A stretch of 64,000 nt of DNA from Thecamonas trahens ATCC 50062 (GCF_000142905.1 NW_013657654.1:186001-250000), one strand, 5' to 3'. Shown: positions 22,595 through 33,417, counted from the first letter of the stretch. The notes: generated from the sequence alone by a model not told the origin. Numbers and translations: made by a program.

Positions 22595-23536
22595 TCATGC
22601 ATTGACTTTGTAAAGACGAGAGAGGAGGTCGGCAAACGAGTCGGCGATGCGGAAGCGCTTCCACTCGGGATCACTCTCCTGCGAAATGTAGGCGACGGTC
22701 GGCTCGCCGGCAGTGTTGGGCCGGGTGTAGTCGAGAATGATCCACTCGTGGCCATCGCCGTCGATCATGAGGATCTTCCCCTGCATGTCGTCGGGCAGCT
22801 CCCATTCTTCGGCGTCTTCGTCTGTCCCGCCGAGCTGCGAGAGTGATGCCAGTGTATTGACTGGAGCGTGGTCGTTGGCCCACGGATTCGGATCGGCCGG
22901 AACGGCGTTGAGCGCGAGTATCATTCCATCAGTGATCTGGAGAATCGAGGCGTAGAGCGCCGGAAGCTTGCGCTTGTATTGTGCCTCAAACGCGTCGATG
23001 TCGGCGCGGGTCACCCCAGGTGTCGCAGCCGTCAGATCGGCGGGCTTCTTCGAGGAGATGCGCTCGAGCAGGGCATCGATGCTCTCGGCATCGGGCTCAC
23101 CCTCCTTGCCCCCCGCAGCGGCAGCGGCAGCCTCGCCACCACTTGCCGATACAATGACATATCCCTTGCTCGGCTGCACCTTGGACTCGAGCTGGGCGAT
23201 GGCATGGTCGAGGGCGGCAGCGGTGGAGCCCTTGTCGGCGATGCGCTCCTGGCCGGCCGATCCAATCTTGCCAAAGACCACCACGACTTCCTCACCGTCG
23301 ACGGTGACGGTCCAGAACTTGGACGCCCCACCCTTGGTACAGTGCAGGGTGACCTCCAAGCCTACAGCAAGCGCCTTCTTGGCCTCTTCCACCGACATGG
23401 CCTTGGCCGTTGTCATCGTCGTCGCCGTTGTCGTCGTCTTGCTCTTCTTTCCAGACTCTCTCCGGCCGGCGTCATCGTCACCGCGTCGCCGCTTGGGCGT
23501 GTTAGTGGCCGAGGCCGAGCTGGCTTTAGAGCTCAT
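22595..23536 (-). CDS. WGR domain + SMI1/KNR4 (SUKH) domain protein
   Basis: WGR: GASKFWTVTVDGEEVVVVFGKIGSAGQ...LESKVQPSKGY. SUKH: GVTRADIDAFEAQYKRKLPALYASILQITDG...DGDGHEWIILDY...GEPTVAYI...IADSFADLLSRL. NLS-like PKRRR/KKSK at the N-terminus. Confidence 0.8.
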   Translation of the reverse strand: MSSKASSASATNTPKRRRGDDDAGRRESGKKSKTTTTATTMTTAKAMSVEEAKKALAVGLEVTLHCTKGGASKFWTVTVDGEEVVVVFGKIGSAGQERIADKGSTAAALDHAIAQLESKVQPSKGYVIVSASGGEAAAAAAGGKEGEPDAESIDALLERISSKKPADLTAATPGVTRADIDAFEAQYKRKLPALYASILQITDGMILALNAVPADPNPWANDHAPVNTLASLSQLGGTDEDAEEWELPDDMQGKILMIDGDGHEWIILDYTRPNTAGEPTVAYISQESDPEWKRFRIADSFADLLSRLYKVNA

Positions 23537-23680
23537 GGGTTACAGGAGATGAGGTGGAGTGGAGGTGCGGACGGGGCTGGTGGAGGTGGTGGGGGGGAGG
23601 GGAGGGGAGGGAGGGACGGGACGGGTACGGGTACGGGTACGGGGTACCGGGTCCCGGGTCTGAGTTTGCCCATTCCGCAT

Positions 23681-25835
23681 ATGTCTGTGGCCCGGTTCGC
23701 GGCCCTTAAANNNNNNNNNNNNNNNNNNNNNNNNNNNNNNNNNNNNNNNNNNNNNNNNNNNNNNNNNNNNNNNNNNNNNNNNNNNNNNNNNNNNNNNNNN
23801 NNNNNNNNNNGGTAGAAGGGGGGGGAGAGGGAGAGGGGTTGGAAGAGTACTTGTCTCTGGCGGTGGCACGGGAAGGGGATATAGACTGGGTGAGTGATGC
23901 CGCTGACGCATGTACGGGCATTTGGGGAGGGGGAGGGGGAGGGAGGGGAAGGGGAAGGGGGGAAGAAGGGGGGGCTTCTTCGGTTGTAATTCACGTGCGA
24001 TGTGCTGGGTGCGATACACTGGGTGCGATACACTGGGTGCGATACACTGGGTGCGATACACTGGGTGCGATGCACTGGGTGCGATGCACTGGGTGCGATG
24101 CACTGGGTGCGATGCGCTGGGTGTGGGGCTGGGGGGGGGGGCTGGGGGGGGGGCTGGGGGGGGGGGAGGGCAGGCTACGGCTGCTCGGCCGGTGCGCAAG
24201 GGGCGGAAGGCGCCGTCACGGAGGGAGAGAAAGCGCAAGGTCGAGGTGGTGGCTGTGGTGGACGCCGGTGGTGCTGGTGGCCTGGATCCCGATGCAACCG
24301 CTGCTGCGGTGGACAGCAAGCCACCGTCGCTGCTGTTGGGGGAAAGCGCGCCTGATGCGCCAAACACTGGCGCAGCTGGCTCTGATGCCATCGCGCCTGC
24401 TCCCGCACAGCATACTTCTGCGCCCACCACGCCCGCCGCACCTGTCGCACCTGCCGATGCCGATGCCGATGCTGCTCCCAAGGCCAAGAAGCGGACGATG
24501 AAGGAGCGCATGAAGGGCTTCAAGTCGCGGATCAAGGACATGAAAAAGGCCAAGCTCGGCGGAGATGTGCCGCCGTTTCTGGCACTGGCCGACACGTCAG
24601 CGGTCCCGATGGAGCCCGGCGTCTTGCACCACGGCTTGCTGGAGAAGAAGGGCCGCAAGCGGCACAACTTTGCCCTCCGCTGGTTCACCCTCTCGGCAGA
24701 CAACGTGCTCCGGTACTACGAGCTGAAGGAGAAGCAGGCTGAGATCTCGACCATATTTGACGCCAAGCTTCTGGACGGCATGGCCGAGCGTGGATGGATG
24801 AACCTGCTGGTCCCGTTCACGCTCGCCCGCGTCGAGGCCAAGAACGAGTGGGAGTATCGCTTTGTCGTAGAATCGGCCGAACGCACTCTGGTTTTGCGAA
24901 CCCCGCTAGACCAAGCTGCCGACGAGTGGATGGCCCGGCTAGCCGAGTGTGGCGGATACCAGGCCGAGGGCAAGGCTGCCGAGCCACCGTCACCATTGAT
25001 TGCATCCGCCCCGACCTCGCCCGCAGCTGGCGCTGCGGCCGAGCCTGTGGATGAGCTTCGTCACCCACGCCCGCAGCCGCCGTCGCGATCGCGCGCAGAC
25101 CAGCCGCCTGCCGGAGATCTTGAGCGAGACATCACCGCCGCCCCGGCGCCGCCTCCCCGCCGCTCCCCCATCCCGCCTGCCAGCACTTCTGTCACCGCTG
25201 ATGGCGACAGCCGCGAGGTAGAGGATGTGCGGCCAAAGCCGGTGGCGCGACCGTCACCAGCAGCTCGCCCGCTTCCGAGCCCCGTGCCCTCTACGCGTTC
25301 TGCAGCCGGAAAGATACCGCCACCCAAGCCGTCCGCCCGTCCACTTCCAAGCCCTGTTGCTAGCTCGAATCCGGTGCCCATCAAGCCAGCGCCCGCGCCG
25401 CGCCCGCCTACCCGCCCACTTCCCAATCCAGTACCTGCAGCCGACGAGCCGCTACCGCCCAAGCCACCGTCACGTCCGCTGCCGGCACCTGCAGGTGCCA
25501 AGTCGCCTTTGCCCAAGCCGCCGTCACGCCCGCAGCCCACGCTCAATCCCGACAGCCCATCGCCGCCCAAGCCACCGTCACGCCCGCAGCCCACGCCTAC
25601 TGCTGACAACCCACCTCCGTCCCGCCCGAAGCCAGCACTTGTGGCCAACGACCCATCGCAACAAGAGGCCAAGTCGCCGGCACCATCCAACCGCCCGGAC
25701 AAGGTCGCCCGCCCGACCAAGCCCAAGCCGACCAAGCCGCGGCCAAAGGTCTCCAAGCCGCCACCCAAGCCCAAGCCCCCGCCGTCATTGGTGTCCGAGC
25801 CGTCCGGAGCAGCATCGCACAACCCGTTTCTTTAA
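23681..25835 (+). CDS. PH-domain, proline-rich protein ending in NPFL; 5' part crosses an N gap; probable intron 23890-24173
   Basis: PH: HHGLLEKKGRKRHNFALRWFTLSADNVLRYY...RTLVLRT..AADEWMARL. Many PPKPPSRP (SH3-ligand-like) repeats. TGG|GTGAGT..CAG|GCT splice is phase-compatible. The start at 23681 is a guess. Confidence 0.75.
23711..23810. other. Assembly gap (N run)
   Basis: N run in sequence. Confidence 1.
23995..24120. repeat. Tandem repeat, 9 x 14 bp GTGCGAT(A/G)CACTGG, inside predicted intron
   Basis: Directly visible. Confidence 0.93.
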
Positions 25836-26663
25836 CCTTTTCACAGTACGGAATGGACAAATTTGTCCATCGCGTAAGCTGCGCTCCACGACGCTCCACA
25901 GACGTCGCAACGTTCATCAATCGCGGTGTAAGAGTGGTACAATGTGCTAATTGCTACTGTGGCCACTGGTGGACCACAACAGGAAACAGTCGGCGATGCA
26001 GAGATGGACGTCGCACGCGGCGCAAAAGGTCCAAGGCCACGATCGCTTACCATGAAGCTTCCGGCAGGCGAGGCAGTCGCGTCGCACGGCGGCTCGCTGG
26101 GAAGTGGTGATGACGAGCAGCCGCTGCAGAGGGACGCTTCCGCTGGCGGCGAGGGCGCGAAGCTGACGGCGTCGGCGCTGGCGGCAAGGGTGTCGATGAT
26201 GTCTTAGAGAGAAGCCACGCGAGTCATAGCGGGGCGTGGGCTCGTGTCAGCGTAGAGCACGTACGCGGCGTCCAGATTCCAGTTCAAGATGGCGTGCCAC
26301 CTCTTGCGGCCACGCCGACCGGCAAGCTCGTCCGTCGCAAGACGTCCTTGCGCTCTTCCGTCCGGCTACTGTGTTCAACTCTGTCATGCTCTCCTTCCCG
26401 GTCGTCAAGGTCGTCAACGATAAGTTCCGCACCGTCCGCGCCCGCAGCACCTTCCGGATCGGCGCCGTACGGCACCTCGCGCGCATCGCCCATGCTCCCA
26501 GGCGTCCGTCACCGCCGTCACGTGCGGGCACGCCTCCCACCTCAAGCCGCTGGCCAAGCAGGCGTCGCGCAGCGTCGGCTGGTGACCTGGAAGTCAAGCA
26601 TCATCGAGTTGCTCTCTTTGAGACGCGACATCCCGTCCGAACGACCGCACCGTGAAGGGTTAA
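25832..26663 (-). mobile_element. Non-autonomous, internally deleted piggyBac-superfamily DNA transposon (element 25836-26659, TTAA on both sides)
   Basis: Left end TTAA|CCTTTTCACAGTACGG. Right end reverse-complemented reads TTAA|CCCTTCACGGTGCGG (imperfect TIR). Contains minus-strand transposase C-terminal remnants. Confidence 0.82.
25947..26340 (-). pseudogene. piggyBac transposase C-terminal remnant (in-frame stop, frameshift, catalytic DDD core absent)
   Basis: Manual translation gives GRRGRKRWHAILNWNLDAAYVLYADTSPRPAMTRVASL*DIIDTLAA, resembling R...KW....F..LLD....NAY.LY. A shifted frame then gives RRDCLACRKLHGKRSWPWTFCAACDVHLCIADCFLLW (piggyBac Cys-rich domain). Confidence 0.8.
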
Positions 26664-26848
26664 CTGTCGACCTGGGCTGGCCGCTCCAAACGACGTCACA
26701 CTCGTGCGTTTGTGTACCCTGTCGCCGTCCCGGCACAAAACCGGGCGCCGAAATCCGACAGCGACTCGTTGGTAGGTCGAACCATTCCTCTCTCTTCTAC
26801 TCGACTTGGCACAGGACTTTCCTTCGCCCAATCGAAACACTCAAGCAG

Positions 26849-27178
26849 ACCAAGACGTACAAGCCTTCTTACCTCAACCGGTAGAGCTACTGGACAACGC
26901 AGAACACGTTCACGCTTCCCTTACCCCTCACGAACTTGCACACAGCGAGTCGTTTAGGCAGTTGCAGCGTTTGCACTTTTTGGTTTATTTTCTTCCCGAG
27001 CCTCGGTAGCCACGACCAAGGGTTAACCAAGACTTTCAAGCCTTCTTACCTCAACAGGTAGAGCTACTCGACAAAGCGGAACACTTTCACGCTCCCCCCT
27101 ACCCCTCGCGGACTTGCTTACAGCGAGTCGTTTGCACAGTATCTGCTTGGGAATTTTTTTGCAACCTCGGTGTGTGCC
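26849..27178. repeat. Imperfect tandem duplication of a ~150-170 bp lower-GC element (copy 1 ~26849-27010, copy 2 ~27026-27175)
   Basis: ACCAAGAC..CAAGCCTTCTTACCTCAAC.GGTAGAGCTACT.GACAA.GC.GAACAC.TTCACGCT...ACCCCTC.CG.ACTTGC..ACAGCGAGTCGTTT is shared. Both copies end with a T-tract and CCTCGGT. Confidence 0.9.
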
Positions 27179-27211
27179 CTTTTTCGCAACCGCCAACGGA
27201 AACTCCTCATC

Positions 27212-30200
27212 ATGAGCTCCTCGGTTGATGACCTTGTTGTGCCCATCTCGGCCATGGCTATCTTTAGTGACCACGGATGCGCGGCAAAGCTTAAGGAGTC
27301 TGCGCACGGTGGCAGGGCCGGAGACGAGGTTTCCGAGCCAGACCCTCTTGTGGCGGCGGTGCGCCAGCACGGCGTCAAGTTCGAGAACCATTGCCAGCAA
27401 CTGCTCGAGGAGCAGAGCTTGCTGCAGCGGGAACCGATGTGTTTGACGGCGTCGATGTGGAGATGGAGGTCGACAACGAGTGCATGGACGACGGAGCCCT
27501 CACGATTCTTGCTGCGGGCGTCATCCACGTGAGCATCTACACGGATACCGACAAGGAAAAGAGTCATTCTTTCCCGGGCGGCGGTGACCTCTACCTGGCA
27601 AACCTCAAGTTCGAGCACATGCCCGAGCATGCCATTAAGGCTGGCCGCTACTTTGCTTCAAAGTGGGAGCCGGACTTTGTCGTGCTCTGCAAGCGCGGCT
27701 CCAAGGTCGAGATCACGGTCTGCGACGCCAAGGCGTCGTCGGTCTCCAAAGCCTCCCACATTGTTCAGGTCTCAGTCTACGCCAAGCTGCTGGAGGCGAT
27801 GGTGAAGTTGATCAAGGTCGAGTCCAACGGTTGCATGGTCAGTCTCAGCGAGCTGGTCTCGTTCTCCGACACTGGTCTAGTGTGGCGGCCTAACGGAGTC
27901 GACACCTTCAGCCTGAAGGCGATGTGGCCGATGGTCGAGGACGAGATTGCTGCCGGGGCGATGCCATTAGCGGCCGTACCCCCTGGTACGTAGCCTCATC
28001 ACTCTGCTGTGCCGATGTGGATGGCAGGGAGGATGGGAAGTTGACCTGCCGCGAGCTGGCCATCGCAAACGACTCGATCATCAAGGTACCGTACATTTCT
28101 GGACACGATGCGGACAAGATCCGCAGGGTGCACGGCGGAGACGAGGGCTCGTTCACCTTTGCCCTGGAGAAAAAACTTGTGCCGGACGCCTTTAGCGATG
28201 CGTACGAGCACAAGAAGGCGGTCGTGCTCGGACAGCATGTGCGGTCGACCCTTCTCCCGGCTGGGTCAGAGTCGTGCTTTACAGTGGCAGTCACTATCTT
28301 GCGCGAGCCCCAGAAGGATGGCGCGTACGGATGGTGCGTCTTTGACGGGCATGGGATCCCGTTTGCGACCGTACCTTACAGCGGCGACTTTGTCCCTTTG
28401 GACTCGCGCGCAACCGCCAGTCTATCAGAGGCTCACAAGGAGCTGGTGGTGGCCCTGGCGGGCGTGCTGAGGGACAAGGTCCATGCGCAGGTTGTGGTGC
28501 CAACGCAGCACGAGCGCGATCTCCTGTTCCATGTGGTGAAGACGACGCTGGCAAAGGCAAAGCCAGGGTCGGAGCTGGCGGTCGCCGCCAAGTTCCTCGT
28601 CACCAACCTTGTGCGCAACATCGATGCCGCCGAGTTTACCACCGACTTTAACCCACTGGTCGGTCTTGAGGGGAAGCAGATCGAGGCTGCGAGTGAGGCG
28701 ATGGAGGCTTCGATGGCTCCGGTGGTGGTGGTGCTGGAGGCTGCAGTTCGCGAGCTTGTTGCCCTGCCTGTTCCCGGCATTTACCTGTTGAGTGACATGG
28801 TCACATACCTGGTGGCAGCGGGCAATCTTGCCCTCGATCCTGATTTTGCCTCCGAGTGCGCGTTGTACCAGATGTGCTCTTCTGGCCAGTTCGGAGGGGC
28901 CAAGAAAGTGCTACTGGCTAGGACCCGAGCTCTCCTCTTGGTTTTGGCTGGCTTGCGGGAGCTGTCCGAGGGAAGCCCGTTTGTGCACAGCCCGCCGCGA
29001 CTTGTGCCTTGGTCCTCCATCACCCCTGGTGCACCGGGCGTGCTTGATCAGGCGGCCTTTCATGTGCGGATGGAGCTCGCCACCGGGCTGTGGAGTGCGC
29101 GGACGAAGCGGCTACAGACGCTGGGTGGTAAGCTAAGCGGGGTGCCCTCGCCAGAGCCGCCAACCGCGCTTGGCGAGAGCACGTACCCGGAGACTCTCTC
29201 GCAAGGCGCGGCGCCGGCCCAACACCAGTCCGGCAACACACTGCCTAACTCGACAGTGCCGCAGGCCGAGTTGCCTGCGCCAACGCTGCCGCGTGTCATC
29301 ATGGGCAACGTAGTGGGCATTCGCCCAGTCTGCAACGCCACCAGCACCCTGGAGATTGAGGTCACGCATGGCCACGAGCATGTACGCAAGGACAAGTTGC
29401 GGTCCCGGCTTGTGTACCCGCGCATGCTAGCTGGCGAGAACTCGCTGTTCAAGGATGCCCTCCATGTCAACAAGGCTAAGATGACCTCCCTAGTCGACCT
29501 GTCGTTGGCAAGCGCAGGGATCGGGTCAACGAACCCTGAAGAGGGCAACATCTTGATGAAATTTCCACGCCATCCGCACCTGGAGAACCTCAAGTGCGGA
29601 GTGCCAGTGGTCATTGAGCCGCGGGTCATCGACTTTGCGTCTGCCAAGATCCTTGCCCAGACTGCCAAGGGCGTTGAGGAGAACCACGTGTTTGTGGAGC
29701 TTGTGCAAGACCCGAAGGAGTGGATGGCAGGCGAAGCGCTGCCCGTGCTCGGTCTGGACACAGAGATCAGTGAGCTTGTTGACAGCAGCGGCCTCGACGA
29801 GTCACAGAAGAACGTCATCAAGCGTGTGTTGTCGACTGAGAGTGGAAAGCTGACGGTGTGCCACGGACCACCGGGCACCGGCAAGACACAGGTCATTGTG
29901 CAGCTGATGATGATGGCTGCAGATCTGGCGTGCAAGTCTGGCAAGAAGCTGCGGATTTTGTACATGGCGGCGACAAACAACCCGCTCGACGATGGGTTGA
30001 AGAAGGTTCAGCAGGCGCTGAAGAGAAAGGGAGGCCTCGCGACAAAGGTCAAGGCAGCCAAGCTCAGGAGCCAGCTTCCGATCGGAAACCACAAGGTGGT
30101 TATCATGTTTGCCACTCCGTACAAGGCGGCCACGTTGTTCGAACGCTCCATGCACAAGGTCGACCTGCTGATCGTGGAGGAGGCGTCGCAGCTGCCGGTG

Positions 30201-31217
30201 ACGATGGGCATTCTGGGCCTAGCACAGCTCAAGCCGGAGGGGCGACTCTTGGTGGTTGGCGACCACAAGCAGCTGCCGCCTGTCCTGTCTTGCAAGCCGA
30301 TTGAGCCGGCGGCGGTGCCACTGGCGACTTCACTGCTCGAGTGTGTGGTCCGCAACGATAACAACGAGCCGTTTCTGGTCTCGGAGCCCAAGGTCGGAGA
30401 CTCAAAGTGCGACTACTTGCTCTCGCTGAAAACCAACTACCGCACCAACAAGGTTCTCGGCCATTTCCACGCTGAACACTACACCAACTACCAGAACGCG
30501 AACGGTTTGTCTGACAACGATGGGCAGCTGTGGGACGACAACCTGCTTGCTTCCGGGCTCGACTCGAGCGTCGTCGGAGTCAAGCTTTCACAGGAGATTG
30601 CTGCGACGCCAGAGGCTGCGGCTGCGGCTGAGGCCAAGGCTGTGGTCCAAGTGGTCTCGTCGATTGCGGCAGCGGCGACGGCGAGCCTCAAGGGCGAGAT
30701 CATGATTGTGACGCCGTTCCGCGCGCAGCGCGCCAAGGTGCTCGCCGAGCTGAAGGCGGCGGTGAGCACGGACGACTTCAAGTGGCTCGGCGAGGTAGTG
30801 GACACGGCTGAGGTGACGCAGGGCCGCGAAGCCGCTTTGGTCATTGTCTGCTGCGCTTTTACGGCCGAGTACATGGCTCGGCGGGCCGAGTTTGTGTACT
30901 CGGTGCGGCGGCTCAACGTGGCAACGTCGCGGGCCAAGCGCAAGGTGGTTGTCATCTTCACCGACGCACTGCTCAAGCCACCACTCCAGTCGCTGGTCAA
31001 GAAGGACACCCAGGACGGTCATGCATACATCTCGCGGCTGCTTCGGTCGGGGAGTGTGGTGGATGCAGAGAACCTGGAGTCTCTGCCGGCAGGTCGCAAG
31101 ATCACGCTTGACCGCAGCCGCAAGCGGTCCCGCGAGGATGGCGAGTGGGACGACGCCGACGCCGACGCCGACGATTCGTGGGTCGCCGGGCCGTCGCTCA
31201 AGAGAAGCAAGCCATGA
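27212..31217 (+). CDS. Cas4/RecB-like PD-(D/E)xK nuclease + RNase H-like domain + SF1B (Upf1/Dna2-like) helicase; one-base breaks at ~27430 and ~27980
   Basis: Nuclease: G..FE, EPDFVV...VCDAKAS....SHIVQVSVYA, with Cys at DHGCAAK and W..SSLCC...LTCRE. Helicase: HGPPGTGKT, AATNNPLD, LLIVEEASQ, VVGDHKQLPPV, LKTNYRTN, VTPFRAQ, VDTAEVTQGREA, RRLNVATSRAK. Three ORFs join by single-base additions. Confidence 0.8.
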
Positions 31218-31274
31218 TTGAAGGATACAGGAGGTGTGTTACGACTTGGGTAGCGGGCGGGGCGGGGCACCAAC

Positions 31275-33143
31275 TCAGCGGTAGTAGCGGCGACGGTAGT
31301 CGTTGACGACGGCCGGGGCGGCGTGGGCGGCGCGCGGCTGGTTGGGATGGCGGTACTGGACGCGCGGGACGTTGCCGATGTTGTTGTTGGCCTTGTTGTG
31401 GGCCGCAAAGTAGCGGCGCTGGGCAACGTCATTCGCGGCGTGGCGGGCAAGGACCGGGTAGGCAGCGGCGGGCGCATGGCGTTCCGAGGCGTAGCTAAAA
31501 GGGCCTGGGCGGCGATTTGCGCGATTTTCTTTGGCAGCGTAGTACTGTTGGACGCGGGCCTTGTTGACGCTCGGGTTCTCACCGAGCGGCGGCGACGGCT
31601 CCTTGGCGCGGCGGGCATACTTTGCGCCGGGATGGTTGGACTTGTTGACGTAGTACTTCTGGGCCGGGGCGCGGTCGGCGAGCTTGTTGTCAGCAGGCTC
31701 GGAGGCAGCGCGGCGCTGGGCACGAGCTGCAGCGAGGGCCGGCAGCGGCGGCTGGTCCGCGTGGGCGTGCAGGCGTGAGCGGATGACCGGGTTGACGACA
31801 ATGTTGGGCTGGGCGGCGGCAGCGCCTGCGGACGAGGCGGCGCTGGGCTCGGGCGGCGGGTGCGACGGCGCAGCGTCGCGAACCATTTTGGCTGGCGACG
31901 ACTGCATGTACATGGGCTTGGGCAGGGCCTCGGTGAGGTCAGAGAGGTTCTGCACGCGGCGCGGAACCTTGATGGTGTTCATGACGGCGCAGCGGGTGGC
32001 GTCCGAGATGACCTCGTCGGCCACAAGATCCATGCGGGCACGGACGGCAGGGAGCTCGAGCAGCTCGTCGATGGTGGGACGCATGTTGGGGTTGACCTGA
32101 AGGCAGGCCGAGATGGTGTCGGCGAGGTCGGATGAGTACTCGCGCGAGATGGGTGCGTAGCGGCCCTTGATGATCTTGGCGGCTAGGGCACGCTGTGAGG
32201 TGGCATCGAACGGGTGGCGGAGCGTGGTCATCTCGTAGAGCAGGCAGCCGAGCGACCACACGTCCGACTTGTCGTTATATGGCCGGGACTTCCAGATCTC
32301 GGGCGAGAGATAGTACGGCGTTCCGATCTGGGTGTGGGCCATGGCCGACTTGAGGAGCTTGGCCACCCCAAGGTCGCCAAGCTTGATGGTCCCATTCTCG
32401 CCGAGAAACACGTTGGGGGACTTGATGTCGCGGTGCAGGACCTTATTCTGGTGCAGGACGCGGAGCGCGTAGCAGATCTGCAGAAAGTACGACCAGATGC
32501 GGTCCTCGGAGAGGCGGCGGCGGCGGGTGCGGTACCTGCGGAGGAGCTCAAACAGGTCGCCATTGCCGCAGTACTCGGTGACGATGCAGAGCTTGTCGTT
32601 CTCCAGAAACGACTCAAAGTACGCAATGATGTTGTGGTGGTTGACCGATGCTAGCAGCCGAATCTCGTTGACGGCATCCTCGCGCTCGCGATGGCTCATG
32701 ACTGCGTCGGCGACAGCGGATTTTGAAAATTAGCAGTCGGCGCGCGAAACGGGAGTGCCGGGCGCGGGCGACAGAGCGGGCGTAAGTGGAAGCGAGGAGT
32801 GGCGGGGATGTGGAGAGGCGGGGATGAGAGGGAGGTGGTGGTGGGTGGGCATGGGGAGGGATGAGGGGTGGAGGTGGGGGTGGGGGTGGGGAGGGGGGGC
32901 TGGGTGGGTGGGTGGGTAGGTGGGTGGGGAGGGGGAGGGTGGTGGCGGCGGGATCGCGCCAGTTGGCGCCAGGCGTTGTTAAGGTAAGGCCCGAGGAGGG
33001 GAAGGGGGAAAGGGGGGCGTACACTTGATGTTGACCTCCTTGAGGGCGTATGTCTTGCCGTCGGAGCGGCGCTTGACGCGGTAGACCTTGCCATACGAGC
33101 CCTTGCCGATGAACTGCTCCTTCACAAAGTCGGACCAGCCCAT
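31275..33143 (-). CDS. NIMA-related (NEK) Ser/Thr kinase; intron 32702-33022
   Basis: IGKGSYGKVYRVKRRSDGKTYALKEVNIK|F MSHREREDAVNEIRLLAS, HRDIKSPNVFL, KLGDLGVAK, TQIGTPYYLSPEIWKSRPYNDKSDVWSLGC. Confidence 0.92.
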
Positions 33144-33417
33144 GGTTGGTCTGCAAGAGGAGTGGGGAGAGCGGGTGCGGCTGGCGGGCGAGTGCTCAAT
33201 GCCCAGCCCAGTTGCCGGTGGTCGCCTGCCTGACGACCTAGCAGAATAGTCGCCCGCTAGACGACGTCCATCCCAGCGGCCGCTTGATGCCCGATCTCAA
33301 TCGGACCTGCCGTCGAGACGAGGCATGTGCCGAGGTAAGCTGGTGCTGTCCGTGGCGACGGCGCCCATCATTGACAGGGATGGGGCAGGGGTCGGCGGCC
33401 AGATCGTAGATGTGGAA

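Noticed and set aside
23995-24120. 14-bp repeat as CRISPR or coding repeat
   Set aside because: No spacers, and it lies within a predicted intron, so it is a simple minisatellite.
26860-27060. Confident U1 or U5 snRNA call from CTTACCT / GCCTTCTTAC
   Set aside because: Only short partial matches; the U1-70K loop and the exact U5 loop GCCTTTTAC are absent. Kept only as a speculative finding.
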